Origin: Microbotryum violaceum
Lineage: Eukaryota
Direction of reading: 5' to 3'
NCBI GenBank assembly: GCA_001244265.2
Contig: LN717261.1
Coordinates: 2,185,591 to 2,249,590 of the forward strand
Length of the DNA stretch: 64,000 nucleotides
Shown: piece after piece, positions 18,201 to 38,845 of the stretch
How positions within the stretch are numbered: the stretch's first letter is position 1
How the letters are laid out: the number at the start of each line of letters is the position of its first letter
Program-made: the position numbers and the translations under genes
Notes under the pieces: generated by a model
What the model was told of the DNA's origin: nothing
The model's database searches: none
Seen by the model: only the letters and a program-made list of their open reading frames with translations

Positions 18201-20374
18201 ACCCATTATGGCTGATGACGGATGCGAGCAATCGGGGAATCGGGGCGGCACTCAGTCAAGGAAAGCAATGGCAGACGGCCATGCCGGCAGGCTATTGGTC
18301 ACGACAGTACAACCCAGCGGAAGGCAACTATGCAGCCCACGAGATGGAATTGCTTGCAATTGTGGACGCCCTTCATCACTGGCGGGCGGACCTTTTGGGT
18401 GTTCGATTCAAGATCCTCACAGACCACCACTCCTTGGCGGGCTTCATGAAGCAACCAAGCCTTTCACAACAACAAGCTCGATAGACCGAACGACTGGCCG
18501 ATTACAACTTCGAGATTGTATATGTACGAGGTCCAGAGAACACAGTGGCTGATGCATTGAGTCGTTACTCTTTCCCGGAGGAACCCACAGCCGGCCGCCA
18601 GGCGAGCGACAATGTCAACGTGCTGGCGGAGGCAACTCTCGATCCTGCCTTCCTTTGCAAACTCAGGGACGGTTACCGCAAGGACCCGCAATGTCAACAA
18701 GCTATCAAGAACATTGACTCAACACCAGGCTACTCAGTCGACAATGGAATCGCACGGTTCGAAGGACGGATCCTCCTGCCAAAGATGGGGAACTTTCGGG
18801 AGGACGCGCTACATGACGCGCATGATGCCGCAGGCCATTTTGGACTACACAAGACGTATGAACACCTACGCCGCAACTTTATCTGGTCGGGAATGAAGGA
18901 TGCATGCAAAGATTACGTTGAGTCCTGTGCTGCTTGTCAGACAATGAAGATGCATGGCACCGGTTTTGCCGGTCGGATCCACAATTTGAATGTGCCTGAC
19001 CGGCCAATGCGGGAAGTTGGCCTAGACTTTGTCGGGCCACTTGTACCTAGCAATGGTAATGACGCACTGCTTACGGTAACAGATCGCCTTTCAGGCTACG
19101 TTCGCCTCATCCCCTGCCGCACGACGGACGACGCGACTACCACGGCGGACCGGTTCTTGAGGGGTGGCATCGACACTTCGGCATGCCACGAGTGCTGGTC
19201 TCCGACCGCGACAAGCCGACCACAAGCGAGTTCTGGCGAGCGTACATGGGCCAGCTGGGAACGAAACTGGCAACATCGACGTCTTTCCACCCACAAACGG
19301 ATGGCCGAAGCGAGCGAACAAATCGGACCGTGATCCAAGTCCTGCAAACAATGGTCAACCGACGGCAAAATGACTGGTCAAAGCACTTGGCTACGGTGGA
19401 GTTTGTGATCAACTCCAGTATGAACAGGTCGACGGGGAAGACGCCATTTGAAGTGGTACTTGGGTTCACGCCGGAGCTGACACCGATCACCCCAGTGGAG
19501 GGCTCAACCACGTCACAGGCAGTCAAATCCATCGTGGAACAACGTGAAGCAGCGGTTGCGGAAGCCCGAGACAATTTGGCAATTGCAAAGATCCGACAGG
19601 CCAACCAAAGCAACAAGGCGAGGAAACCGGAGCCCGGGTTTGCAGTTGGCGACATGGTCTTAGTCGACTCGCGGGATTGACGACTGCGGTACAAGGCCGA
19701 TGGGGAAGCACGGTCAGCCAAACTCTTTCCCCGGTTTGACGGCCCCTACGAAGTCATAGCAGCACGACCCGAAACCTCAAATTACAAGCTGAAGCTCAAG
19801 GCGGGGGACAAGTCGCACAACGTCTTCCACGCCTCCAAGCTCCGACGCTGGGTAAAGAACAATGGGGTGGTGTTCCCAGGACGAGAGGCAACGGAACCAG
19901 CGGCCATTATCGTCCAAGGAAACGAGGAGTGGGAGGTAGAACGGATTGTGGACGAAAAGGGGAAGGGGTCAAGGAAGAGGTTCTTGGTGAAATGGAAGGG
20001 GTGGGCAGACAGCGACAACACATGGGAGCCATGCTCACACCTGGAAGACACCGCAGCGTTGGAAGAGTGGGAGAGTGGGAAGGCGGGGGAGGACAAGGCA
20101 AGGAGGGGAGGGTGTAAGGAGGGAGGGGAGTTTGGTTTAGGTGGTGGAGAGTGTAAGGCCCGTGCGCCTGGGCCTTAGGAAGAGGGGACGCGCGCCTGGG
20201 CACTCTTAGTCTCTCTCCAGCAACTGATACAAGTGTCCAGGTGAGCACAAGGTGGATCAGAAGGCATTGTCATACCAGCGACTGATACGAGTGTCCAGTG
20301 TCAATTCTACATACTTTGGTCCTGTGATCCTTGTCGTCGTCGCTCAGGTGTACACTCCAACGGGGTGTATTACA
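15274..20374 (+). mobile_element. Ty3/Gypsy chromovirus LTR retrotransposon (family B), full length, nested in element A
   Basis: 223-bp LTRs at 15274-15496 and 20152-20374 (TGTAAGGC...GTATTACA), TSD CAGGT. Gag-PR-RT-RH-IN-chromodomain order. Confidence 0.96.
15590..20151 (+). pseudogene. gag-pol polyprotein of element B (disrupted)
   Basis: 964-aa ORF with [12 protein letters not shown] and TDAS ends at a premature TAG (18482-18484, QAR* for QARW). Integrase HHCC (HDAAGH..CAAC), core domain and chromodomain ([22 protein letters not shown]) follow, with a frameshift near 19160 and TGA at 19678-19680. Confidence 0.92.
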
Positions 20375-21601
20375 CAGGTCAAGCGCAATCTCGACTCGTC
20401 GCCAGGGTTCTCTTGTGTGGATGGGGTGCTGTATTTCGAGGGTAGGATGGTTGTACCTGCGGTGCCACAGCTTCGGGAGGACATCTTACACGACGCTCAC
20501 GACGCGCTGGGTCACTTCAGCCCGCGCAAGACCTTCCATCAGGTGTCTCGGACTTTCTTCTGGCCGCGGCTGCGAACATCATGCGACGCCTATGTCTCAA
20601 CATGTGATGTATGTCAACGTACCAATGCAACAACCACGGGCGCATTGGGGGTATCGCATGCGTTGGCTGTGCCGGATGGGCTGATGCAGGAGGTGGCTCT
20701 CAATTTTGTGGGCCCCCTGCCCAAGAGCCAGGGGTTCGACATGCTCCTCACGATCACCGATCGTTTATCGGGCTACACGCGCTTGATACCTAGCCTGGCC
20801 GCGGACACCGCCAAGGACATAGCCGAACGTTTTCATGAGGGATGGCACCGCTTCTTCGGACCGCCAACAAGGATAGTCTGCCATCGGGATAAGCTATTTA
20901 CATCGCATTTCTGGCGCGCGTATCACAATCTGATGGGCACTCGACTCGCCATGTCTACATTGTTCCACCTGGAAACCAACGACCGTAGCGAACGGACCAA
21001 CAAAACCGCCATTCAAGCCTTGCGAGCCGTGGTCAACAAGCAGCAGAACAATTGGGTCCGACATCTGGTCAACATTGAGTTTGCGATCAACACAAGCGTC
21101 AACGCCTCAACGAACAAATCGCCGTTTGAGGTGGTCCTAGGTCGTTCACCAGCCTGTTGCCAACGTCTCTCAATTGACCTGACTTGCCCGATGTGCCTGC
21201 GGCAAAGGACCTGATCGCCGAGCGGAAGGCGGTGTTGGCGGAGGTCCGGGATGCATTGGCTGCAGCCAAGGTGCGGCAAGCGGAGCAGGTCAACCGACAT
21301 CGACGGCCAGAACCGGACATTGCGGTGGGCGATTTTGTCATGGTGGACACCCGTGACCGTCGTCTTCAATTTAAAACGGGACACCGCAAGTCGGCCAAGC
21401 TCTTCGATCGCTTTGAGGGACCCTACAAGGTTATTGCCGCGAATGTTGCCACCTCCAACTACACACTGCAGCTTAGCGAAGGCGACCGATCACATCCTAC
21501 GTTTCACGTAAGCAAGCTCCGTCCTTACCGAGCCAACGACCCAACCTCTTTCCGAATCGAGAACCCACCAGACCCAAACCAGTTATAGTCGATGGACATG
21601 A

Positions 21602-21832
<231 letters not shown>

Positions 21833-21945
21833 TAGTTGAATAGCTTGCGCGCGCCTAGAACCTCCCTTGGCTTTCGCCAGCTCACTAACCCGAGGTTCTA
21901 GGTGGGTGCCCCTTTTCTCATATGTGTAGTATGCCAGCTCACTAA

Positions 21946-22059
<114 letters not shown>

Positions 22060-22354
22060 TAGCTTCAACATGAGGGGAGTAGGCGTCCTGTACGGCAAGA
22101 GATAACGGGAATGAAGCCTGGTTGTATTGAAAACCGGTCCGTAGTCCAGGGGGCGGGGACTCGGTGCTGAAGGACTGTGTGGCATGGGCCAGACGACTGG
22201 CCTCTCTGCACAATTCTGGTTGCGGGGGAAGAACTTGATTAGACTCAATGACCGTGGTCGGGATGATCTTGGCGGTTCGCATTTCTCGGCCGGCACGGCG
22301 GCGCCGGTGTGTGGCAAAGGACTAGATTCTGAGTCCACGGACGAATGGCGTGGC

Positions 22355-26698
<4,344 letters not shown>

Positions 26699-28932
26699 GT
26701 GGCTTCCGCAAAAGTTGAGTCGCATTGCCCAATATGTCCAGATTCACCGGCTCTTTTGATACTTTTGGTGGTGAGACGACTCCAAGACCATTTGATGCTC
26801 GCATGGACGCAGGAATTCGCCTGGTCGACTGTATTGCCCGGAGCGCATCGGTACGCAGTGATTTCGCCCGTGGGAGCAGCATGGCGACCGGGGCGCCGGT
26901 GACTGCCGCTGTTTCGAAGATGTCGATGGCAGCTGTGATCTGGTATAGGGCGTGCTGCACAAGCTTTGAACGAGGGCATTTGACGACCAGACTTGACTGA
27001 ACGACCGTTGCGGCGAAAGTCTGTTCCAGAGATTGGTACCCGGTCAGCTAAAGCTGTTCCCAATCTTGGCTCCACTCGTGCTCACATGAAAGTATATATG
27101 CCACCACCTTAGAGCGAGCACAGGGTCAAGCTCGCTCCAGCTTTTGGCAATTTGGGTCATGTAAGGGCCAGCTTCTAGAATTATTGCCAAAACCGATGCC
27201 GACCAGGGAGCTTCGAGCGGCTCGTACGGGTAGTCGATGAGGGCTTGTGCGAACGGGGCTTTGTGCAAGTCTGCGCAATAGCACTGGAGCCGGTCAGAAA
27301 AGGTCTGTCTCCAAGACCGAGAGATTCGGTCAAGGTCTTTCTCTCACACAACATGCTCTCTGCAAAAAACATGGCCAATGTGTGAAGCTCCATCGCAGCT
27401 TTGAGAACGCCGGGCGCGCCCGGCGATGGCATCGCACTTGAGGTCGCGGGCGTGGAAGGCTTGGCAAGTTTGAGGGGCCTTTGAGAGAGTGGTAGCGCGA
27501 AGGCGTCGGTAGCCAAGGCAGAGCAACGCGTCGAGGGTGGTGAGGTCTGATACAGCGTACGTAGGTCCTGATCGAGCGCCGCCACCTCGCCGTGGGTCGG
27601 CGGCTTGGGCAAGGACACTTCGTCCGTCATTTGCGCCTCGACTCCTCGACTCGTCCCGACGGTGTTCGACTCCTCGTCCTCACCTTCGTCCTCCATCAAT
27701 CGGTCCGAAGAGGTGCCAGGCGTCGACTTGAGTCCAGGTGTCGGGCGAGGGATGAAATCCGAAAGTCAGTTTTCGCACATCAACTGTTCGAGAAGATCTA
27801 CCCTTTTGCTCAAGCTATTTCGTTCCTCGACCGTCTTGATTGTGCGTCCGCTGGGGGCGAGCGTGCCATTTGGACAAAGTTTCTTGCACCCTCGTTTAAC
27901 GCAGCTCGTGCATGGCCACAATACGCGGCTACATTTGAGCTTAAGGCGACGACACTCCGCGCCTAGTTGGGTCCGTGCCATTAGAAATTGACGCGGCCAA
28001 GTAAAGCAAGGGGGAAAGGGGATCAGAAACTTGTGTCCCATCGATGTCACCAATCCTCCGTGGGCCTGGCTTCGCGGACTCCGGTCGAAGGCCAATGCCT
28101 GATGGGGCGTTCACGCCGGCCCGATCAAGTTCGAGCCTCAAACCAGGAGCACATGTCAGGACCCTCACGATTGAGACTAAATATTCTACTCACATGACAG
28201 GGACACACGATTGCGCTTTTTGGCCCCCTCACTACCAGCCGCCCGGGGCGAGGGAGGCGAAGCTGGTACAGTTGGCTCAGCGTTGACTGAGGGCGCTTGG
28301 ACTGATCTTGACGGTGCACGGACTACGGCGCCCGTGCAGTCAGAGATTCTTGACCCTGTTGTGGAAGGACGATGATGCGACGTTGGATCCATCAGCTCCG
28401 ACCCTCACGTCGACATAAGCTGCTCGCTCAGGATCTGAGGTTGTGGCCGCGGGTAGGCGTCGCCGAACGATCGGCGATGATGACGCTGGGCTCGACTCTG
28501 CGCCTCTCAGCGACCGCGTCAACACACCTGCTTTGAGAAGGGGTCTACGGGATGAAGTGTGCGTGCCAATGATGTGCTGCCAAGGCAGATGCGTTGAGCC
28601 TGCGTCCCGAATGCCGGAAATTGCGTCCGACAAGGGGGAGGGCTCGAGGCTTAAGCGAAACCAGACTCACCAGCTCACGGGCTCGTGGCCGGTTGCCAAA
28701 GGCGACCAACGGGCGCGCCGCGCGAGTCGAAAGGCGAGTGCGGTGTGAATCACTCCCTCTTGCTAGAACCAACTATTCTCGCTCGCAACATCGCCTGTTG
28801 CTCGCTCGAAACTCCATAAAATTTTGTTTTCCACCCCTTTCCACGCTTTCCTCGCCAACAAACCTCTTCTCCCCACACTTTCGCTTCAACACGAGCAAGT
28901 GTCCCACCTGCAGTGCGGCGATCTCCATATCC

Positions 28933-29974
28933 ATGTCGGACATCAATCTCGGAGGCGGCGAGAACCTCCCCCCACCCCCGGTGGTGCTGGTGGTGCTAGT
29001 GGTGCTGGTGGTGCTGGGGGTGTTGGTGGTGCTGATGTGCTTGCGGAGCGGTGGGTGCTGGCGGTCCAGTTGGTGCTGGTACTGGCGGTCCTGGTGCTGG
29101 TGGCAGCGGTCTTGGTGCCGCTGATGCGGGTGCAAACGCGTTTGGTGGTGGGGCGGCCCCGCAGGACTTAGTAGCCTTATTCGGTCGCGAACTCTACAGG
29201 AGTTTCCAGGCGGGGCATCGGACTCCCACAAGAAGTCTTTCAGTTCCTACAACGTCACTACGTCCCACTCTCGTGCTAGTTTGGTTTCGGCCTACACGGA
29301 CTCGCCAATCACCGTCCCGTTGGAGTTGTTTGACATCGCGTCCAAGGCGGCCAGACCAGAAGCGATCCCGATGAGTCTGTTCACGCCTGGAGCCAGCATC
29401 AAGGTGAAGTTGGGTCAGACTATCTCTCTTGCCACAACCAAGGACCGCTCGGCGACTCTCCAACTAGGTCACCAGCTTGATCACTTGCTCACTTTCGACG
29501 AGTGGCAGCCGTCCTCTTTCCTGCACGCCGCCCTCATGGCTGACACCTTCAAAACGACCAACACGGGCGAAGCGTTCCTACAACACTTTTCCCGAGTCGC
29601 GATGCGCGCTACCTCGAAGAGCTGACTGGCCCCTGTGGCTTGAGTACGACATCATCGTAAAGGCGAACTTCTGGACTCACTTGGCAAGGTCTTGTAGCGA
29701 TACGGCATCAAACAGCATTACCATTATCGACGTTTCCGATTTCAACCCGGAAGCCATGATCACGGCTGAACACCGTTGCCATCGCCCCACCGGTGACCGC
29801 CTCAATTTCACAGCGAGTACCGGCTCCCTATCCACCAAGTTGTGGAGTCTCTCGAAGGTCGAAATTGAGGCGATGGTGGCCTCGATGGAACAAAGGAGGA
29901 AAGAAATGTTCTCCGCAGAGTCCCCCATTACCCTCACCGATGTCGTTCGTGACGCTTACTCCCAGGTCTCATCC
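28933..29974 (+). pseudogene. gag-like ORF1 remnant of a DIRS/Ngaro-like tyrosine-recombinase retrotransposon
   Basis: Gly/Ala-rich N-terminus and ...FLQHFSRV...[13 protein letters not shown], which resembles the YR-retroelement ORF1. The frame resumes after the Mutator-like TSD ([18 protein letters not shown] at 43788-43915) and a DIRS-type RT follows at 48113. Confidence 0.55.
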
Positions 29975-31249
29975 TCGGCTTGTATACGTGTAAGGATATA
30001 TCCTTACACATGAGTTAAGGTCAATACACAATCAAATCTGTTCATCTTGATATTGTAACATCAACATATAACTATTTCTGAATGGTGTCTGCAAGGACTA
30101 CATGATAGCATGTGTATTGCAAGACTTGTAGTGATTCAAGATTTCTGTGTCCTTACCGCACCCTCGTATCCTTACATGTGTCAACATGTGTAAGGATACG
30201 CCCGCGCGCGCACGTGCCATGTGGAACGACAGGAGGCGCACTCAGCTCGAAGCCTTTGTTCACATTTGTTCACCTAATTGTCCCCACACCGCCCATCGAC
30301 GTCAACACCGTGGCACTGTTTGACTTTTGCGAACCAGCCAATTGCGACCTCCAGCTTTGTGCCAGCAGGCACGGACTCAAATCTTTCATCAATGAGATTG
30401 CGGAACCGCCAACTTCCCGACCGTGGCGCCGGGCCCTGGGCTCGGACTCGTTCTGGAGCTGGAGACCGGCCCCAATGGCGGACTCCCAAGTCGAGATTCA
30501 AAGTCCCAAGCATCAAACGCCAATCAACTGTAGGAACCAATCGTCGAATCAGGAAAGGAAACGGCCAGTCGGTCCCCGAGTCGGCAAACTCAGCGCATCC
30601 TCAGGACGATTCTGGCGACCTTCAAGCTGAAGCATTGACCTGCATGGTGTCCGCACCGCGGCTATCGGAATCCCCGACTCCAACAAGCCTATCACCGATC
30701 GTACAAGCGACTTGCCTAATCGCATCAAGTCCGCAGAGGACTGCGAGGAGAACTGTGACAATTATGTGGACGATAAGCACAACGATCACAAGGACGACCG
30801 TGACAATGACTCACCTTGTTCCACTCGGCTCGCCCACGACACTCCCTTCCACCACACCATCAAGCAAGAGAAGTCAACAATGCCTCTCCTGTGCTCCCAG
30901 AACAGCGATCCCGGTTGGCCGTCGCTGCGCAGTCAAAGCAGTGTTGAGAGTGTGAATTCCGCTTCTACCCTCCAAGTCGGCTCGCTTTCACCAGCATTAG
31001 CTCCGAACCTCTCCTGTCTAAGCTTTTCACAACCCAAGGCTCTCCAAAGGACAGCTCCATTCTTCCCAAGCATCAACATACGACTCTTAAGCTTGAAGGT
31101 ACGCCACATGTGTTGTCTAGATGGTAGGCCCTCGGTAACGAGGCGAGGCGCGCGCCCGGAGGCTCGATTGGTTTTAAGGCAGTGGATAAGACTTAGTGTC
31201 TGAGTGGATTAGCCACTTGCCGAGCAAATACACGATCCCGACCCTCGGA

Positions 31250-32125
31250 AGCAACCCAGGAACGATGGGTCGCGGTCGAAGTCGAAGATCACCTCCAATT
31301 CGCTAACCGACTCTGAGACGTCATTTGGCATCCAGACTCCTCAGATGAAAGCGAGGCTCTCGGAAACGATTGACGACCGGCTAGTCGAAGGCAATTTGGG
31401 ATGGCCTACCGACGCTCACAACACCTACTTTCGCGACAATTGGGTGTTGCTCGCCACGGTCTGCTATTCGCCAAGCGCTCGTCGCTGGTTTCCGATCCTG
31501 TACTCCGTCGGCAACCACGAGCGATCGGGCTTCTGCCGCCGACATTTTGCGCACCTATTCCAGATTCTTGACGATGCCAATTATAGCGTGGAGGACATCG
31601 TCAACGGAGTCACATTTGTTGTCGATTATTCAAGCGCGCAGATTTCGGGTCTTCGCCAAGCCATTTCGGATTGGTACGTGGCACGCAAGACCGCAGATGT
31701 GGGACGCTTGAACGTCACACCCAATCAGGTGTCATAGTGGACTGCAGAGGCTATTCAGATTGGCGAGAAGGCGGCAAGCGGGTGCGCCTTTCACTTCATT
31801 GAGCAGGTCAGGAGGTTTGGGGTCCGACATCTCAGTACGTAAACGGAGCGCGAACGATTTGCAATGCTGGTCAACACCATGCGCAACGCGAAGTCCCATG
31901 CATCGATTGAGTCCATGGCAAAGCGCACAATCGACGAGCTTCCTGTGTCAGAGAATTGGATCAAATGGTGGACACGACCGGCGATTCCGAATGTGGTATT
32001 CAAGGAACTCAAGGGATCCGCAGAAAGATGCGTGGCTACCACAACAAATGCGGTGGAATGTTCCCACTGGCTCCTAATCCATGCATGTGGTGGCGAACGC
32101 TTTGGACCGGTGGAAGGGGTGATGC
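31250..32125 (+). pseudogene. MULE-type DDE transposase remnant
   Basis: GIQTPQM..GWPTDAHNTYF..WFPILYS..HFAHLF..VVDYSSAQISGLRQA, the CxxH motif SGCAFHF, NWIKWWTRP and TTTNAVECSH. TAG at 31735-31737 and a frameshift near 31830. Cut by the Copia insertion at 32126. Confidence 0.75.
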
Positions 32126-36990
<4,865 letters not shown>

Positions 36991-37148
36991 GCAATGCGGG
37001 ATTGAGAAGTACTCGTCGCCTCTGGCAAGTAGTGCGCAAAGAATTGTGAACGCGAGACTCGCCACCTCGACCCCTTTACTGGACCTTTGTCCTAGGTGTT
37101 CAAAAGTTCAATGTCAGTCTGTGCTTGCGCCTTAAACAGAATGGAACA

Positions 37149-38100
37149 TCAGAGAAAGAGCCGAAGACGCGTACGTTCGCCATCACCATCCTCTTCGTCC
37201 CCTTCCTTGCGGTCTTCATCCTCATCATCGCGGTCTTTGTCCTCCTCGTTCGTCATCCAGACCGAGACCGGAAGTACCTCGCGCAATTGGACACCATTGT
37301 CGATCTGCTCTCGGTTTCTGGCGATGGGCGGCCCGGTTTGGTGGAACCTGCAAAGAGGAGTGTTGAGGTGGGAGCTATTTTCCTCTGCGGCAAAGGGTGT
37401 TGGGTACCGGAGAGGCATTGCAGACGGATGGAGCGAGCTGACGACTTGGTACTTGGGTCGACCATCGGGACATCGATGACTGCGCACCTGGACAATAAGT
37501 TCTTGCGGTCCACGATCTCCCGTGTTGGTGTCGGAATCGCAGATAAGCATCGTCATTTCCGTGCTCGGCGGAGGAAGGTTGTGGGTGCGTCGGTCTCGGC
37601 CTGGTGGTAGACAGAGGCGCAGGACCCACTCTTTGGCCGTATCCCCAGCCTGCGCAAGCTTTGGCCGATGCAAACTCCTTCACAAAGCGGTTTCCGGTAC
37701 GCGGACTCGAGCTTGGTCAAAGTAGGCCTTTGTATGCGACTGCCTGCGCCGTTGAATCCAAGTCGAGTGTCGGTGGCGGCTGGGTCGATCAGCTACGTTT
37801 GAGCAAAGGCTGGAGCGTTGATTGACGACAGGGATCTGGACGCCGAGTCGAGGAGTAAAGCCGATCAAGCACGCGAAACACGCAGGGTCCTAGAATGCCC
37901 AGTCGAGTCTGGTCAAAGTGAACAGCGAGCAGAGTCAACGACAACGCGTTGTTGTACGACCGGGCGTTCTCGCGCAATGCTATAGCTTCTGTGTGCGTGG
38001 GAAGATTCTTGCACAGTTCAGCATGTGGGTCTACTGCAGACGACGGTTGTTGGACGGAGCAACTGACCGCTATCCGAGCCTTCACGTAGCTGTCGACACT
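37149..38100 (-). pseudogene. Helitron Rep/helicase N-terminal region remnant
   Basis: RENARSYNNALSLT..GPCVFRV..RLY and GRDRRTHNLP..EMTMLI..ELIVQ..SSLHPSAMPLRYP match the conserved pre-Rep blocks of Helitron RepHel proteins (RxYN..S; DxRxYNxP; HPxYxPLxYP). Frameshifted. Confidence 0.7.
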
Positions 38101-38749
38101 CGGGATTGTGCCGGAGAGGGGGAGGTAGCTGCACCTTGCCCTGCGAAAACGTGGGGCTTGAGGGGTTCGAGCGCGATTCGAGGCCTGCGCGCTCGCCTTT
38201 GCGCGCCTTTGCGCAGGAGGATGTAGTGGTGGGGTGAGCTCAACGTGCTGCCCATTCTACAAAGCTGTACGGGGGGCGCTCATTCGGGTCGCAACACCAA
38301 GATCGGTTGAGTTGTTGTTAATCACGCGCGGGGAGCTGATTCTGTTGATCGGAGCGGGACGAAGAGGAGAGTCGAGCAGCGGGGCGCGAGCGAGACTTAC
38401 TGACACAGACTCACACCGCCAGCGCGCCGCATCACGTGACAGACGACACAGACGTCAGACGTCAGATCGTCAGACGCCAGCCCTCGCGTCGCGCGTCAGG
38501 CGGAGCTCTGCTGTAGAAGCAATATCATGCAAAGCCACGCGCTTGCGGTTCATTAAATGCAATATGAGTGGAAGCATTGGTTTATGTCAGCGAAGAAAAG
38601 AAAGAAAGTACTGGGAGCGCTGTAGCTTCGTTGGAACGGCGCGGAAAATACAAAAGTCACCATAGGGCTTGTACATGACTTCTGATCGGAACCCCAACAC
38701 CACAGGCAGGTGCGGCAGACACAACAGTATGCTGGTACATCCACCGCAG

Positions 38750-38773
38750 GCGGCCCTCCGGGCCGCTACCTAG
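38750..38773 (+). mobile_element. Helitron-type 3' terminus (second family)
   Basis: GCGGCCC tcc GGGCCGC tac CTAG|T. The 5' end was not identified. Confidence 0.45.
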
Positions 38774-38845
38774 TTAAAAACAGCGATTTTAGGTACATTC
38801 CTTAACTCACACTTTTTTTTACTAGTTAGGGTAACTGGTTAGGGT

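Noticed and set aside
18482..18484. TAG as a programmed read-through site
   Set aside because: It replaces a conserved Trp (QARW) inside RNase H, and other lesions follow; a nonsense mutation is the simpler reading.
29988..30200. TGTAAGG motif shared by the MULE TIRs and the chromovirus LTR starts
   Set aside because: A 7-bp match with no further similarity; probably coincidence.
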